From assembly GCA_965240325.2 (NCBI GenBank), contig OZ251251.1, positions 868,001-932,000 of the forward strand: a stretch of 64,000 nucleotides of DNA. The letters run 5' to 3'. The notes beneath the pieces were generated by a model. It was given only the letters and a program-made list of their open reading frames with translations. It was not told the origin of the DNA and searched no databases. Of the stretch, positions 45,302 to 64,000 are shown in pieces. Source of the stretch: Rebecca billardiae RCC1528. Its lineage: Eukaryota; Protista; Haptophyta. A program made the translations under genes and the position numbers. Numbering within the stretch: the first letter of the stretch is position 1; the number at the start of each line of letters is the position of its first letter.

Positions 45302-46924
45302 TTATGCTTCGGCAGTTACAGCAGAGCCGACCCTTATTTGCTGCTTGATGGGCGTGTAGGGTTCGGGCGGCTCGCACAGCTCGACGCGCGCGCACCCGCC
45401 GCCGCCCTCCGGGCCAGCGTCGGTCGGCAGCCACACGCGCGCGCACACGCCGAACGGCTCGTCGGCGCTGCCGGAGCGCGCGAGCAGCGTGACGTGCTCA
45501 ACCAGCCACTCGGCGTCGGGGCCGGCGGCGGCTGCGGGCGCGGCGGCGGCCGCCGGCTCCCCGCTGCGGTGCGGGCGCGCGGGCTGCGCCCACGCCGCCT
45601 CGAGCCGCGCGCGCGTGGCCTGCGCGTCGGCGGCGGCGGCCTTGCCCAGCGTGAGGTGCGGCGTGAACGGCCGGCCGCCCGGCTCGGCGCACTGCGGCGC
45701 GGCGCGCAGCACGGCCGCGTGCAGCCTCTGCAGCGGATCAGCCTCCGCCGCCGCCTCCGCCGCCGCCTCGCACGTTCCAGCCGGCTGCGGCCGCAGCCAC
45801 AGGGTGGCGCTCCCGCCGCCCCGCCGGCCGCGGCCGCCTCCCTTGTGCGCAAACTGCCCGAGCTCGCGCAGCGCGAGGCGGAACGGGCGCACGCGCGCCT
45901 CGTCGAGCGCGCGCGCGACGGCAGCGGCCGCTTGCTCGAGCTCAGAGGGCGGCGGCGCCGCGGCAGCGCCCTCGGCCGCGCCCGCGCCCGGCGCGACGCC
46001 GTGTGCGCGCTCGCGGGGCAGGAGCGGCACGAAGGGGTAGAGCACGTTGACGTGCGGCGGCCAGCGCGCGTACGCCGGGTCGTGTGCCGCGCGCAGGTGC
46101 TGGATGCGACCCCACAGCGCGCGCGGAGGCAGCAGCGCGAGCGCACTCGTCACCGCGCGCGGAAGAGATGCGAGCGGCGCCGCAGCGGCGGAGGCGGCGG
46201 CAGTCGCGGCGGCGGGCGCGGGCGGCTCGGGCGGCGCATGCACGGCCTCCTCGACCACCGCCCGCCCCTCGCCCGCCGCCGCCCCCCACGGCCCCTCGAC
46301 CTCGCGCCCCGTGCGTGCGTCCACCACCCGGCTGAAGCAGCGGCAGGGCAGCAGCCCGGCCTCGCCCAGCCCGGCCGTGAGGAGGACGCCGTTGGAGGCG
46401 CGGAAGAAGCGGAGGCCGAGGGCGTGCGCGGCGGCGAGGTCGACCCAGACGTGCACCTGCGCCGACGCGCGCATCCCCGAGATCACGCCGCCCTCGCCCG
46501 GCAGCTTGTCTGCGAGGTGCACGTGCGTGCGCGCCATGCGCAGCAGCCCGCCTGCTGCGCGGATGCCGCCGAGCGCGCTGTGGTACGTGCCGTGCACGCC
46601 GAGCGTGCCGGGGGGCGGGCTGATCGGCGTGTAGATCGCGGACTCGTCGAGCCCGCCCACCGTGTGCCCCTGGTTCGCGCGGATCAGCAGCCCGCCGCCG
46701 CCCTCCGCGTGTGCGAGCGAGAAGCGCTGCTTGTCGTTGGCCTCGACCACCGCGCGCACCGCCGCCTCCGAGACGCCGCGCAGGCCGGGCGTGGCGAGGA
46801 CGGCGGCGAGCGGGACGTAGCCGTCGGGCCGGAGCAGCGGGCGCAGGCCCGCCTCGTCGATGCGGTGGCGCAGCAGCCGCGAGAGCTTCTTCGAGAGCGC
46901 CACGTCGTGGCCGCCGCCGCTCAT
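45302..46924 (-). CDS. TPT1: RNA 2'-phosphotransferase (Tpt1/KptA) fused to a C-terminal 2H phosphoesterase (LigT/2'-5' RNA ligase-like)
   Basis: LSKKLSRLLRH, DGYV, NDKQRF, IRANQGH, HGT, RMARTHVHLA, ISGMR, SNGVLLT; then HDPAYARWPPHVNVLYPF and FTPHLTLGK. Start at ATG 46924. Confidence 0.9.
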   Translation of the reverse strand: MSGGGHDVALSKKLSRLLRHRIDEAGLRPLLRPDGYVPLAAVLATPGLRGVSEAAVRAVVEANDKQRFSLAHAEGGGGLLIRANQGHTVGGLDESAIYTPISPPPGTLGVHGTYHSALGGIRAAGGLLRMARTHVHLADKLPGEGGVISGMRASAQVHVWVDLAAAHALGLRFFRASNGVLLTAGLGEAGLLPCRCFSRVVDARTGREVEGPWGAAAGEGRAVVEEAVHAPPEPPAPAAATAAASAAAAPLASLPRAVTSALALLPPRALWGRIQHLRAAHDPAYARWPPHVNVLYPFVPLLPRERAHGVAPGAGAAEGAAAAPPPSELEQAAAAVARALDEARVRPFRLALRELGQFAHKGGGRGRRGGGSATLWLRPQPAGTCEAAAEAAAEADPLQRLHAAVLRAAPQCAEPGGRPFTPHLTLGKAAAADAQATRARLEAAWAQPARPHRSGEPAAAAAPAAAAGPDAEWLVEHVTLLARSGSADEPFGVCARVWLPTDAGPEGGGGCARVELCEPPEPYTPIKQQIRVGSAVTAEA

Positions 46925-47221
46925 TGTCGTGGCTGGCGCGACCGGTCCCGCCCGGGCCGGCCCCGCGAGCCTTGCCCTTTTCCGCGGTGGAGAGTCCGGC
47001 CCCTCTATTTTCAATTTCGATGAGTCCGGCTGCAGGCCGCCGCGCCGGCGGGCGCCGCCCCCTCCGCCTGGCTGCTTCGCACGCCGGCAGGGGGCCGCGC
47101 GACGGCCGCGCGGCCGCACCCCGCGGTTCCGACCCGGACCTCGCGGCGTCGCCGCGCCCGCCCGGAGCTCGCCCGCCAGCAGAGCGTGGTCACCTTCCGC
47201 CGGGCCCCAGCCCACGGGCTG

Positions 47222-47842
47222 ATGCCCCCACGGGGGCGGCCGCCAGGGCGGCTGCGCAAGCGGTGGAGGGCGCAGCTGGCGGCGGAGGGCTTGGAGGAGC
47301 CTCCCTTCGACTCGCTCCTCGCCGTGGAGCAGCGGCTCGACGGCCTCCCCGCCATACGGCAGGCGCGCGAGGACCTCGTCGCGCTCGGCGAGCGTGTCCC
47401 GGCGCTGCCCGACGTCTTCAGCACGCGGAGTGCGCTCACCAAGGCGCTGCGCTCCAAGGACGGGCACAACGCCGTGATGCGCCGCTACCGCAACGCCCTC
47501 AGCCGGACACTCGCGCGCGCGCGGGCCCGCGCCGCGGCGGACGAGGCGCGCCGCGCAGAGGAGCAGGCGCTCGCGCAGCAGCTGCTCGTGCTCAGCAGCG
47601 CGGTCGTGCGCGTGCGCGAGGCCGAGCCGGAGGCGCTGGGCACGCTGCGCGCCGCACCGCCGCCGCCGCCAGGCTTCGCCGCCGAGCCCGGCGGCGGCGG
47701 CGGCGGGGACGCAGCGGCGTCCGAGGGCGCGCGTTCGACGGCGGTGCCTTCATCCGCTGAGGGCCAGCCGCCCCGGCCTGGCGATGCGGCAACGGCGTCG
47801 TGCGCCGCCCCGGCCGCCGCCGCGCCGCCGATGCCAATTTGA
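47222..47842 (+). CDS. Hypothetical helical protein, divergent from TPT1
   Basis: ATG 47222, host codon bias, non-repetitive core (EPPFDSLLAVEQRLDG...HNAVMRRYRNAL). Confidence 0.6.
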   Translation: MPPRGRPPGRLRKRWRAQLAAEGLEEPPFDSLLAVEQRLDGLPAIRQAREDLVALGERVPALPDVFSTRSALTKALRSKDGHNAVMRRYRNALSRTLARARARAAADEARRAEEQALAQQLLVLSSAVVRVREAEPEALGTLRAAPPPPPGFAAEPGGGGGGDAAASEGARSTAVPSSAEGQPPRPGDAATASCAAPAAAAPPMPI

Positions 47843-48471
47843 TGATGTAGTATGCCCTGTATGGCGGACGAGTACGACAGCAGCCAGCGGCAGCAGCATT
47901 TGATCGCGTGGCGCGCAGCGCGCATCAGCAGCGCGACGATCGTCAATACTGCTGCTACTATATATACGACTGCGCTAGCTCGTCACGACATATCGTCGTC
48001 ATAAGCCCTACCGTGCTCGGCCGGCGCGCTCGGACGCCGCAACTACGCAGCCTGGCCAGCCGCAGCCGCCGCCGATTGTGCCTCATCGGCCGCCCGAGTA
48101 ACGGAGTTCAACTGTGTAGTCGTCTGTTAATTAAACGACGCGGACGGACTCGTGATCGTCCGTCGTCGCCGTCGGATGATGACGCGACGACGATGCTGAT
48201 GATCGCGGCGGTCGATCACCTGCTGCTCCGTACCCGCGCCCGGTGGTAAATGGCGCGGCAGGCCGCCAGTGCCGCTGCTCGCGGGGAGCACAGCGCGGAC
48301 TCGATCGTCGGCCGAGCGCCCGACGCCGCAGGCGGGGCGCAGTGGCTGACGCCGTAGTACCATGCCTGCTGACGGAAAGCGCTGCCCCTGCGCGGTGGCG
48401 GCGGGCTGTGTGCCGTCGGCCGTCTGCTGCAGCCGTGCTCGGCCGTGCTCAGGCCGTGTCCCGGCCGTGCC

Positions 48472-49809
48472 TCAGGCGTACACGTACGTGTGCAGGAGGT
48501 GCACGTACGGGAAGCCCATGTCCTCCACCACGCGCTCGCACTCGCCGACGCCGAGCACGCGCGCGGGCGCGCGCGCGGCCGCGGCCGCCTCCGCCGCGCG
48601 CTCGGCGGCGAGCGCGGCCGCGGCGTCGGCCGCGCCAGCGCTGAGCGGCTCAGCGAGCAGCGCGGGCGCGCGGCACGCGGCGTCGAGGCGGAAGGCCGAC
48701 TCGGGGACCGCGTCGGCGCCGAGCGCGTGCGCGTGCACGTCGTACGTCATCAGCGCCACGCGCTCCATGTGCGGCAGCCACGGCAGCAGCGCCTGCAGCG
48801 AGCCGCTCGGGCGCGGAGGAGCGTCGGGCGGCGCGCCCGTGCCGCCGCCGTCGGCGGTGGGCGCGCGCAGGGCGTACGTGGTCACGCGCAGCGGCAGCAC
48901 GCCGCGCGCGCCCTCGCGCCTCTCCGGCAGCCACAGCTCGACGAGCTCGTCCGGCAGCTCGTCCTCCGCGAGCTCCGCCGCCTCCGCCCCCGCCTCCGCC
49001 TCCGCCCCCGCCTCCGCCGCGTCTGGCCGATCGCCGTGCGCGCGCGCCGCGCGGCCGGGCGCACCGCCGCGCAGCTCGAGCCAGAGCTGCGCGCGCACGC
49101 CGTGCACCTCCGCCGCGTGCTCGGCGCCGGCGTACAGCAGCGTGCGCGGCAGCCGCGGCGGCGGCATCGCCTCCCGCAGCTTCGACTTCTCACAGGCCAG
49201 CCGCACAGCCGGCCCGTGCGCGCCCGGACTTGCAGAGTCCGGACTTGCAGAGTCCGGACTTGCAGAGTCCGGGGCGGAGCGCGCCGCGCGGCCGTCGGGG
49301 CTGACGGCGACGTTGTCGGTGGCGCCGTCCGCGTCGCCGAGCTCGGGCGCGGGCGTGACCATCAGCTCGAGCCCCACGTCGTACCGCCGCACGAACACCT
49401 TGGCGCCCACCACCGCCTCGACCGCGTCCCCGCCCGCGCCCGTCCGGAGCGTGGAGCCGTCAGCCGCGCTGACGGGCGCGACGAGCGCGGGCAGGTCGAT
49501 GCGGCAGCGGCGGTGGGTGTAGTCGTAGTGCACGCGCATCGAGCGCACGCGCGGCGGGTACGCTGCGGGGCGAGCGCGGAGGGGGGCGGGGCGCGCCGCT
49601 CAGCCGGGGCGGCGGCGGTCGTGCTCGGCGCGCCGGCGCGGCGGGCGGCGCGCGGTGGTGCGCGCACGGTTGGAGCTGTTGAGCTGGTGCGCGGTGGTAA
49701 CGATGGTGGCGACGAACTGGCGCTCGAGGGCGGGCGGCTCAAGCGTCTCGCGCGCGGCGCAGCCCGCGAGCGCCAGCGCGCCGAGCGCGGCTCGCCAGGC
49801 CGGCGCCAT
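48472..49809 (-). CDS. Secreted protein, possibly ependymin-related (LolA-like fold); 2 exons
   Basis: Signal peptide MAPAWRAALGALALAGCAA. Intron 49563-49667 joins NSSN-P|YPPRV. VHYDYTHRRCRID, FVRRYD, several Cys. 15-bp repeat x3 (SPDSA) at ~49224-49270. Confidence 0.65.
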
Positions 49810-50010
49810 GGCTGCACACCTCCGACGCCGTGCGGCGTGCCAGCCCGTCCGGGCGTGAGCGCTGCGCGCAGGACCCTTGCTTGACCCCCCGGTTTCGGCG
49901 TTTCCCGAACCCCCCTTGTTCCCACCAGCAATCTCTTGCTTTCGGGGACTTTCTGAGCTCTTCGGTTACTGACTAGCTAGGAGTAGGGAGCCCGGGTACC
50001 ACGCGTGCGC

Positions 50011-51116
50011 CAAGGGAGGTCCGGGCCGGGAGCTCCCAGCGAGCGGCCAGCGCGACATCACCTCAAGGTTTTTTCCTGAGCGCCGGGCGGCAGCGGCGGC
50101 GAGGGCGGTGCTCCGCTGGCGGGGCGCGCACGGGGCACGGCGCTGCGGGCGCGGATGTGCCCGCAGAGCCGGCGCGTGCGGACGGGCTGTTGCGGGAGAG
50201 CATCTGGCGCCCTCCTGCGCCGCGCGCATTGCGCCACGCCTCTTTCGCCTTGACTCAGGGCAGCGCGCACATGCGCGCCGCGTCAAGGCCAGCCTTGCCG
50301 CGCCGCAGCCGACCGCGCGCGCGCCGTGCGCGGCGTGGTCGGGAAGGAACGGGCGTGGCTGCCGGGCGAGATGGCGACATCACGTGCGCACGCCATGCCG
50401 CCCCGCCACGCCTTGACGAGCGTGTCGCCGGTCCGTTTGCACGCCTCTTCGAGTTGTCTCAAATGGTCTGCACGGCCTCGCGGTCGCGACCCTTGTCGGG
50501 ACGATCATTGAGACACAGAACAGTGCCAGACGGGCACGCGGACTACTCTTACATGAATGTCCATCACCACGTGGCCATGTAGAAGTGCTGGGTGCGACGC
50601 TTTCCTCGCGCTGATGCACTTTCATCATCTTTTTCGAGCTCAGGTCTGGCTTCAGGCACGGCAAGAAATCAGCACTCGTCAACAGCTGTGCGGATCCGTT
50701 ATCGCGCCCTTTCGCGGCGCCGCGGGACGACATGGCGTGCGCACGTGATGTCGCCATCTCGCCCGGCAGCCGCGCCCGTTCCTTCCCGACCACGCCGCGC
50801 ACGGCGCGCGTGCGGTCGGCTGCGGCGCGGCAAGGCTGGCCTTGACGCAGCGCGCATGTGCGCGCTGCCCTGAGTCAAGGCGAAAGAGGCGTGGCGCAAT
50901 GCGCGCGGCGCAGGAGGGCGCCAGATGCTCTCCCGCAACAGCCCGTCCGCACGCGCCGGCTCTGCGGACACATCCGCGCCCGCAGCGCCGTGCCCCGTGC
51001 GCGCCCCGCCAGCGGAGCACCGCCCTCGCCGCCGCTGCCGCCCGGCGCTCAGGAAAAACCTTGAGGTGATGTCGCGCTGGCCGCTCGCTGGGAGCTCCCG
51101 GCCCGGACCTCCCTTG
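50011..51116. mobile_element. Non-autonomous foldback/MITE-like DNA transposon: ~387-bp TIRs, 333-bp spacer, 7-bp TSD
   Basis: 50011-50397 is a near-perfect reverse complement of 50731-51116. Termini CAAGGGAGG...CCTCCCTTG. CGTGCGC at 50004-50010 and 51117-51123. Confidence 0.9.
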
Positions 51117-51199
51117 CGTGCGCCCAAGTCCCTTGGCCCAAGCAAGCGCCCGCGAAACAGACGCGCCTTGCGCGCAGTGGCGCCCGCCACTCGGCAGCG

Positions 51200-60496
<9,297 letters not shown>

Positions 60497-60802
60497 CGAC
60501 TGTGGGCCAACGGCGCGTTACAATACTTTACAATACGGTACCCGCATCGGTCGTACCTGTATTATTCATCGGGTGTCATCGCAGCGGGTACGCAAGTGGC
60601 CGAGATCGCCACCTCGCTTCGTGGCGGAAGCGGCTAATTTGCATCAGATTCGCTCGCGATATTACGTCGATCGCGCCTTCCCGACGGCGAAACGGGGTCC
60701 CCCCCGTCCCGGACGCGCGGCGCAGCCGGTGCTGCGCACGAGGAGAAAAAAGAAGGGCTGCAAACAAGGCGACGACGCGGCCTTCTGCGCCCGCGTCGCG
60801 GG

Positions 60803-60893
60803 ATATCCACGCCCACGCGCTTGCCAAGTGAGAAGAAAAGAAGGCCCGACACTCCTTCGGCACCCTCCTGGGAGAATATCCACGCCCACGCGC
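60803..60893 (+). promoter_or_regulatory. Duplicated 18-bp motif ATATCCACGCCCACGCGC upstream of the ZIP transporter
   Basis: Exact copies at 60803-60820 and 60876-60893, about 100-190 bp before the ATG. Confidence 0.45.
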
Positions 60894-60990
60894 GCCCCCC
60901 GAGCGTCAAAATCGTGGGCACGCGGCGCGGTCACCGCCCTGCGCGAGTGCCAAGTTCTCGCAGCAGCGGCTCGGCGCCACCACCATCACC

Positions 60991-61500
60991 ATGTTCGCGC
61001 GCCGCCTCTCGCCCACCGCGCTCGCCGCCGCCGCGCTGTGCGTGCTCCTCGCGCTCCACGTCGCGGCGGCCGAGGAGGAGGACCACCACGACGAGCACGA
61101 GCACCACGCCGCCGAGGAGGAGCACCACGACGAGCACCACGACGAGGGCGGCCACGACGCGTGGGCGCCCGCGCTCGGCGCGGCGGCGGTCGTGTCGCTC
61201 ACCAACCTGATCGGCCTGCTCGTGCTCGCGGCGACGTCGGTGCGCGTGGCGAACCTGCAGACCAAGCTCGCCGCGATGCTCTCCTCCGCCTTCGCCGCCG
61301 GCGTCCTCGTCTGCGCCGCGCTGCTGCTCATCCTGCCCGAGGCGCTCAAGCTGGCGGACGAGGACGCGCACGGCGAGGCGCACGGCGAGGAGCACGAGGA
61401 GGGCGAGAACGCGTGGCAGGTGGGGCTGTGCGCGATGGCCGGCATGTTCGTCCTCATGGTCGTCGACGTCGCCATCCGCCACATGGGCCCGGCCGACGCG

Positions 61501-61539
<39 letters not shown>

Positions 61540-62127
61540 GAGGCCGCTGCCGGCGACGAGGCGTCGGGCGCGCCGCCGACGAAGATGCAGCCGCCGCAGC
61601 CGGCGGACGCGCAGGTCGCCGTGCCGCACAACACCCCCGCCATCGCCGCGGCCGTCCTCTTCGGCGACGCCTTCCACAACCTCGCCGACGGCATCTTCAT
61701 CGGCTCTGCGTTCCTCTCGTGCCCGTCGATTGGGTGGACGGTCGTGCTCGGCACGGTGGCGCACGAGCTGCCGCAGGAGCTCTCGGACTACCTCGTGCTC
61801 ACGCAGCGCGCGCGGCTGTCCGCGCGGAGCGCGCTGGCGCTCAACTTCCTCTCCAGCCTCTCCGTCTTCCTCGGCGTCGTCCTCGTCCTCGCCCTCGACG
61901 TCTCGCAGCGCGTGGTGGGGCTGCTGCTGGGCGTGGGCGCGGGCGTGTACTTGTACATTGCGCTCGCGGAGTGCCTGCCCGCCGCGTTCAGGGGGGCGGC
62001 GCCCACGCGCGAGCGGCTGCTCGCCACCGGGCTCTTCGCGCTCGGCGCGACGCTCATTGGCCTCGTGCTGCTCTCGCACGTGCACTGCGACGCGCACGGC
62101 GCGCACGACGAGCACGCCGACCACTGA
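60991..62127 (+). CDS. ZIP (SLC39, LIV-1-like) zinc/metal transporter
   Basis: Signal peptide, His/Glu-rich N-terminus, multiple TMs, TM4 GDAFHNLADG, TM5 AHELPQELSD, His-rich C-terminus. Confidence 0.93.
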
Positions 62128-62509
62128 GGCCGCCGCGCCCGCCAGTCGCGGCCCATGCGGGCCATGGCGGCCCGGACGGGCCGCTGCGGCTCGGCCGTGC
62201 CGCCGCCGCGCGGCGCCGTGCGCGGCGCGCGCCCGACGCCCGCCCTAGGTAGTATCGACCGACCGAGCTGCATGGGTCCCACGCGCGTGCCGTGTCGGCA
62301 CGCGGCGGGTCCTGGCAGCGCGCCGGCCTTGTCTTTCTCCTCGAGTCGGATTCTGACAGTGCATGAATGACATTAGCTGATATGCGAGTAGCAGTACAAG
62401 TACCATTGTATCATCATACGGTAGGGTGAAACGGCATCATCGGTACCCGCACTACTGTTCTTGTACTACTACAGTATTTTGTACAGTAGTAACGACGATT
62501 CATCCGTGC

Positions 62510-63697
62510 ATGACGATGGCCGCCGCCCGCCGCCCCCCTCCGCGCGCCTCAGCATGGCTGCCGCTGCTGCTGCTCGGCGCGGGGCTCGCGCCGCTCGCGC
62601 GCGCCGACGCCGAGCTACCGCCGTTCGTCGCGCCGGACGCACGGCACGCCATGTCGGCCGCGGCGCGCGCGCAGCTCGCGCGCGCGTACGCGGCCGCGCG
62701 CCGCTGCCCGTGCCCGGGCGAGTGCGCGCGGTGCGAGAGCGTGCACGCGGCGATCGCGCGCGCGTCGCAGGCCGACGGCAACCAGTCGTGCTTCCTCCAC
62801 GTCCGCGGCTGGTGGCGCACCCACCTCCTCGCCGTCGCCGCCGCCGTCTCCGCGCACGGGCTGCACACGCCCGCGCTCGTTGCGGGTGGCGCGCACGCGT
62901 ACGAGTTTGGCGTCTTCTCGGGGCGCACGATGCGCTTCGTCGACCGGCAGCTGCGCCCGGCGGCGTGGTGGGGGTTCGACTCGTTCCGAGGGCTGCCGCC
63001 CTCCGACGAGCCGTGGCAGGCCGGCGCGCTCGTCGACGACCAGCGCGCCTCGCTGCGCGCGTCGCTCGGCGGCTCGCGCGTGGGCTTTGTGGCCGGCTGG
63101 TACAACGAGTCGCTGCCGCCGCCCGCGCACGTGCTCGCGCGGATGCGGCCCGCGCTGTGGGTGGACGTGGACTGCGACCTGTACATGTCGAGCGTGCAGG
63201 CGCTCGACTTCATGTTCGCCCACGGCCTGATCGTGCCCGGCTCGCTCGTCGGGTACGACGACTGGTGGCAGGAGCCGTGCCGCGGCGTCGGCAGCCCGCT
63301 CGGCTCGGGCGAGGGGCGCGCGCACGTCGAGATGGCGCGCAAGTGGCGCGTGCGCTTCGAGTGCGTCGCCGGGCCGTGCGCGCCGCCGAGCGCGGGCGCG
63401 TGGCCCGCGCCGCGCGCCTTCCCGCCCGGCGCGGCGCACGGCGCCATGTCGCGCGCGCAGGCTCAGTGCTCGGTGCACTCCTCGTGGGGGCCGATCTTCC
63501 TCGTGCGCGAGCTCGGCCCGGCCGTCACGCCCGAGCACGGCTTCCGCTGGGACGCGGCGCTGCGGACCAAGGAGGCGTGGGCGCCCATCTGCGCGCTCAA
63601 GTCGGCCAACCAGATGCGCGCGGCGGCCGCCGAGCGGGCCGCGCGCGCGCGGCAGGCGGCGCGGCCGCGGCCGCGCGCGCTGGCTGGCCGCGAGTGA
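62510..63697 (+). CDS. TylF/MycF/NovP-like SAM-dependent O-methyltransferase with signal/anchor
   Basis: YEFGVFSGRT, WGFDSFRGLP, FVAGWYNESL, WVDVDCDLYMS, LIVPGSLVGYDDW; N-terminal WLPLLLLGAGLA. Confidence 0.85.
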   Translation: MTMAAARRPPPRASAWLPLLLLGAGLAPLARADAELPPFVAPDARHAMSAAARAQLARAYAAARRCPCPGECARCESVHAAIARASQADGNQSCFLHVRGWWRTHLLAVAAAVSAHGLHTPALVAGGAHAYEFGVFSGRTMRFVDRQLRPAAWWGFDSFRGLPPSDEPWQAGALVDDQRASLRASLGGSRVGFVAGWYNESLPPPAHVLARMRPALWVDVDCDLYMSSVQALDFMFAHGLIVPGSLVGYDDWWQEPCRGVGSPLGSGEGRAHVEMARKWRVRFECVAGPCAPPSAGAWPAPRAFPPGAAHGAMSRAQAQCSVHSSWGPIFLVRELGPAVTPEHGFRWDAALRTKEAWAPICALKSANQMRAAAAERAARARQAARPRPRALAGRE

Positions 63698-64000
63698 CGA
63701 CGACGGCGCCATCATCGTCACGCGGCGGCCCTTGGCGCCTTGCGCTGCAGCAAGCCGCGTATGCCTCATCATGAGGCATGATGGCCCTGACGCGCGGCCG
63801 TCACTCAGTCAGCCGGCCGGGCCGGCCGAGTGTCAGTCGTGACACTCCGGTTCTCTGCAGTCGCAGACCCGGTGCCATGATTCGTGAAGCAGTAGTCGAA
63901 CGCCAACCGTATATATATACAGACGATGATGCTGATGAGTCGGGCACAGACGGCGGCACAGCCACAGTCCGGCGACGACGTGACTCATATATCGTCGTGA

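Noticed and set aside
46925-47467. N-terminal extension of the Tpt1 ORF
   Set aside because: It overlaps the divergent gene and the shared AT-richer promoter; ATG 46924 immediately precedes the domain.

Overview
Very GC-rich eukaryotic nuclear DNA with short GT(GCG)-AG spliceosomal introns and Gly/Ala/Pro-rich proteins. It resembles a haptophyte alga of the Pavlovales type, which is inference from composition and intron style only. About 18 genes are supported, including SCO1, MBF1, mitochondrial-type ClpP, an HROB/MCM8IP-like OB-fold protein, a GT4 glycosyltransferase, a Sulfotransfer_2 enzyme, a ZIP transporter, a TylF-like methyltransferase, an ACP5-like phosphatase with degenerate metal ligands and an atypical Ras-like GTPase. 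Main findings: (1) a single-ORF fusion of an intact H-NOX heme/NO sensor to a TIR-like domain that keeps the WCxxE glutamate (33443-36145); (2) a Tpt1/KptA 2'-phosphotransferase fused to a 2H phosphoesterase that could process the Tpt1 by-product (45302-46924); (3) two non-autonomous DNA transposons with shared CAAGGGAG...CTCCCTTG termini and 7-bp target-site duplications, one a 1.1-kb foldback and one a 71-bp intronic mini-element; (4) a telomere-like filler between a 27-bp duplication at the MBF1 stop; (5) a decayed ~2.3-kb tandem duplication and a dispersed repeat family near TA tracts. Most long overlapping ORFs in the track are GC shadow frames. All assignments come from motif recognition by eye, with no searches run.
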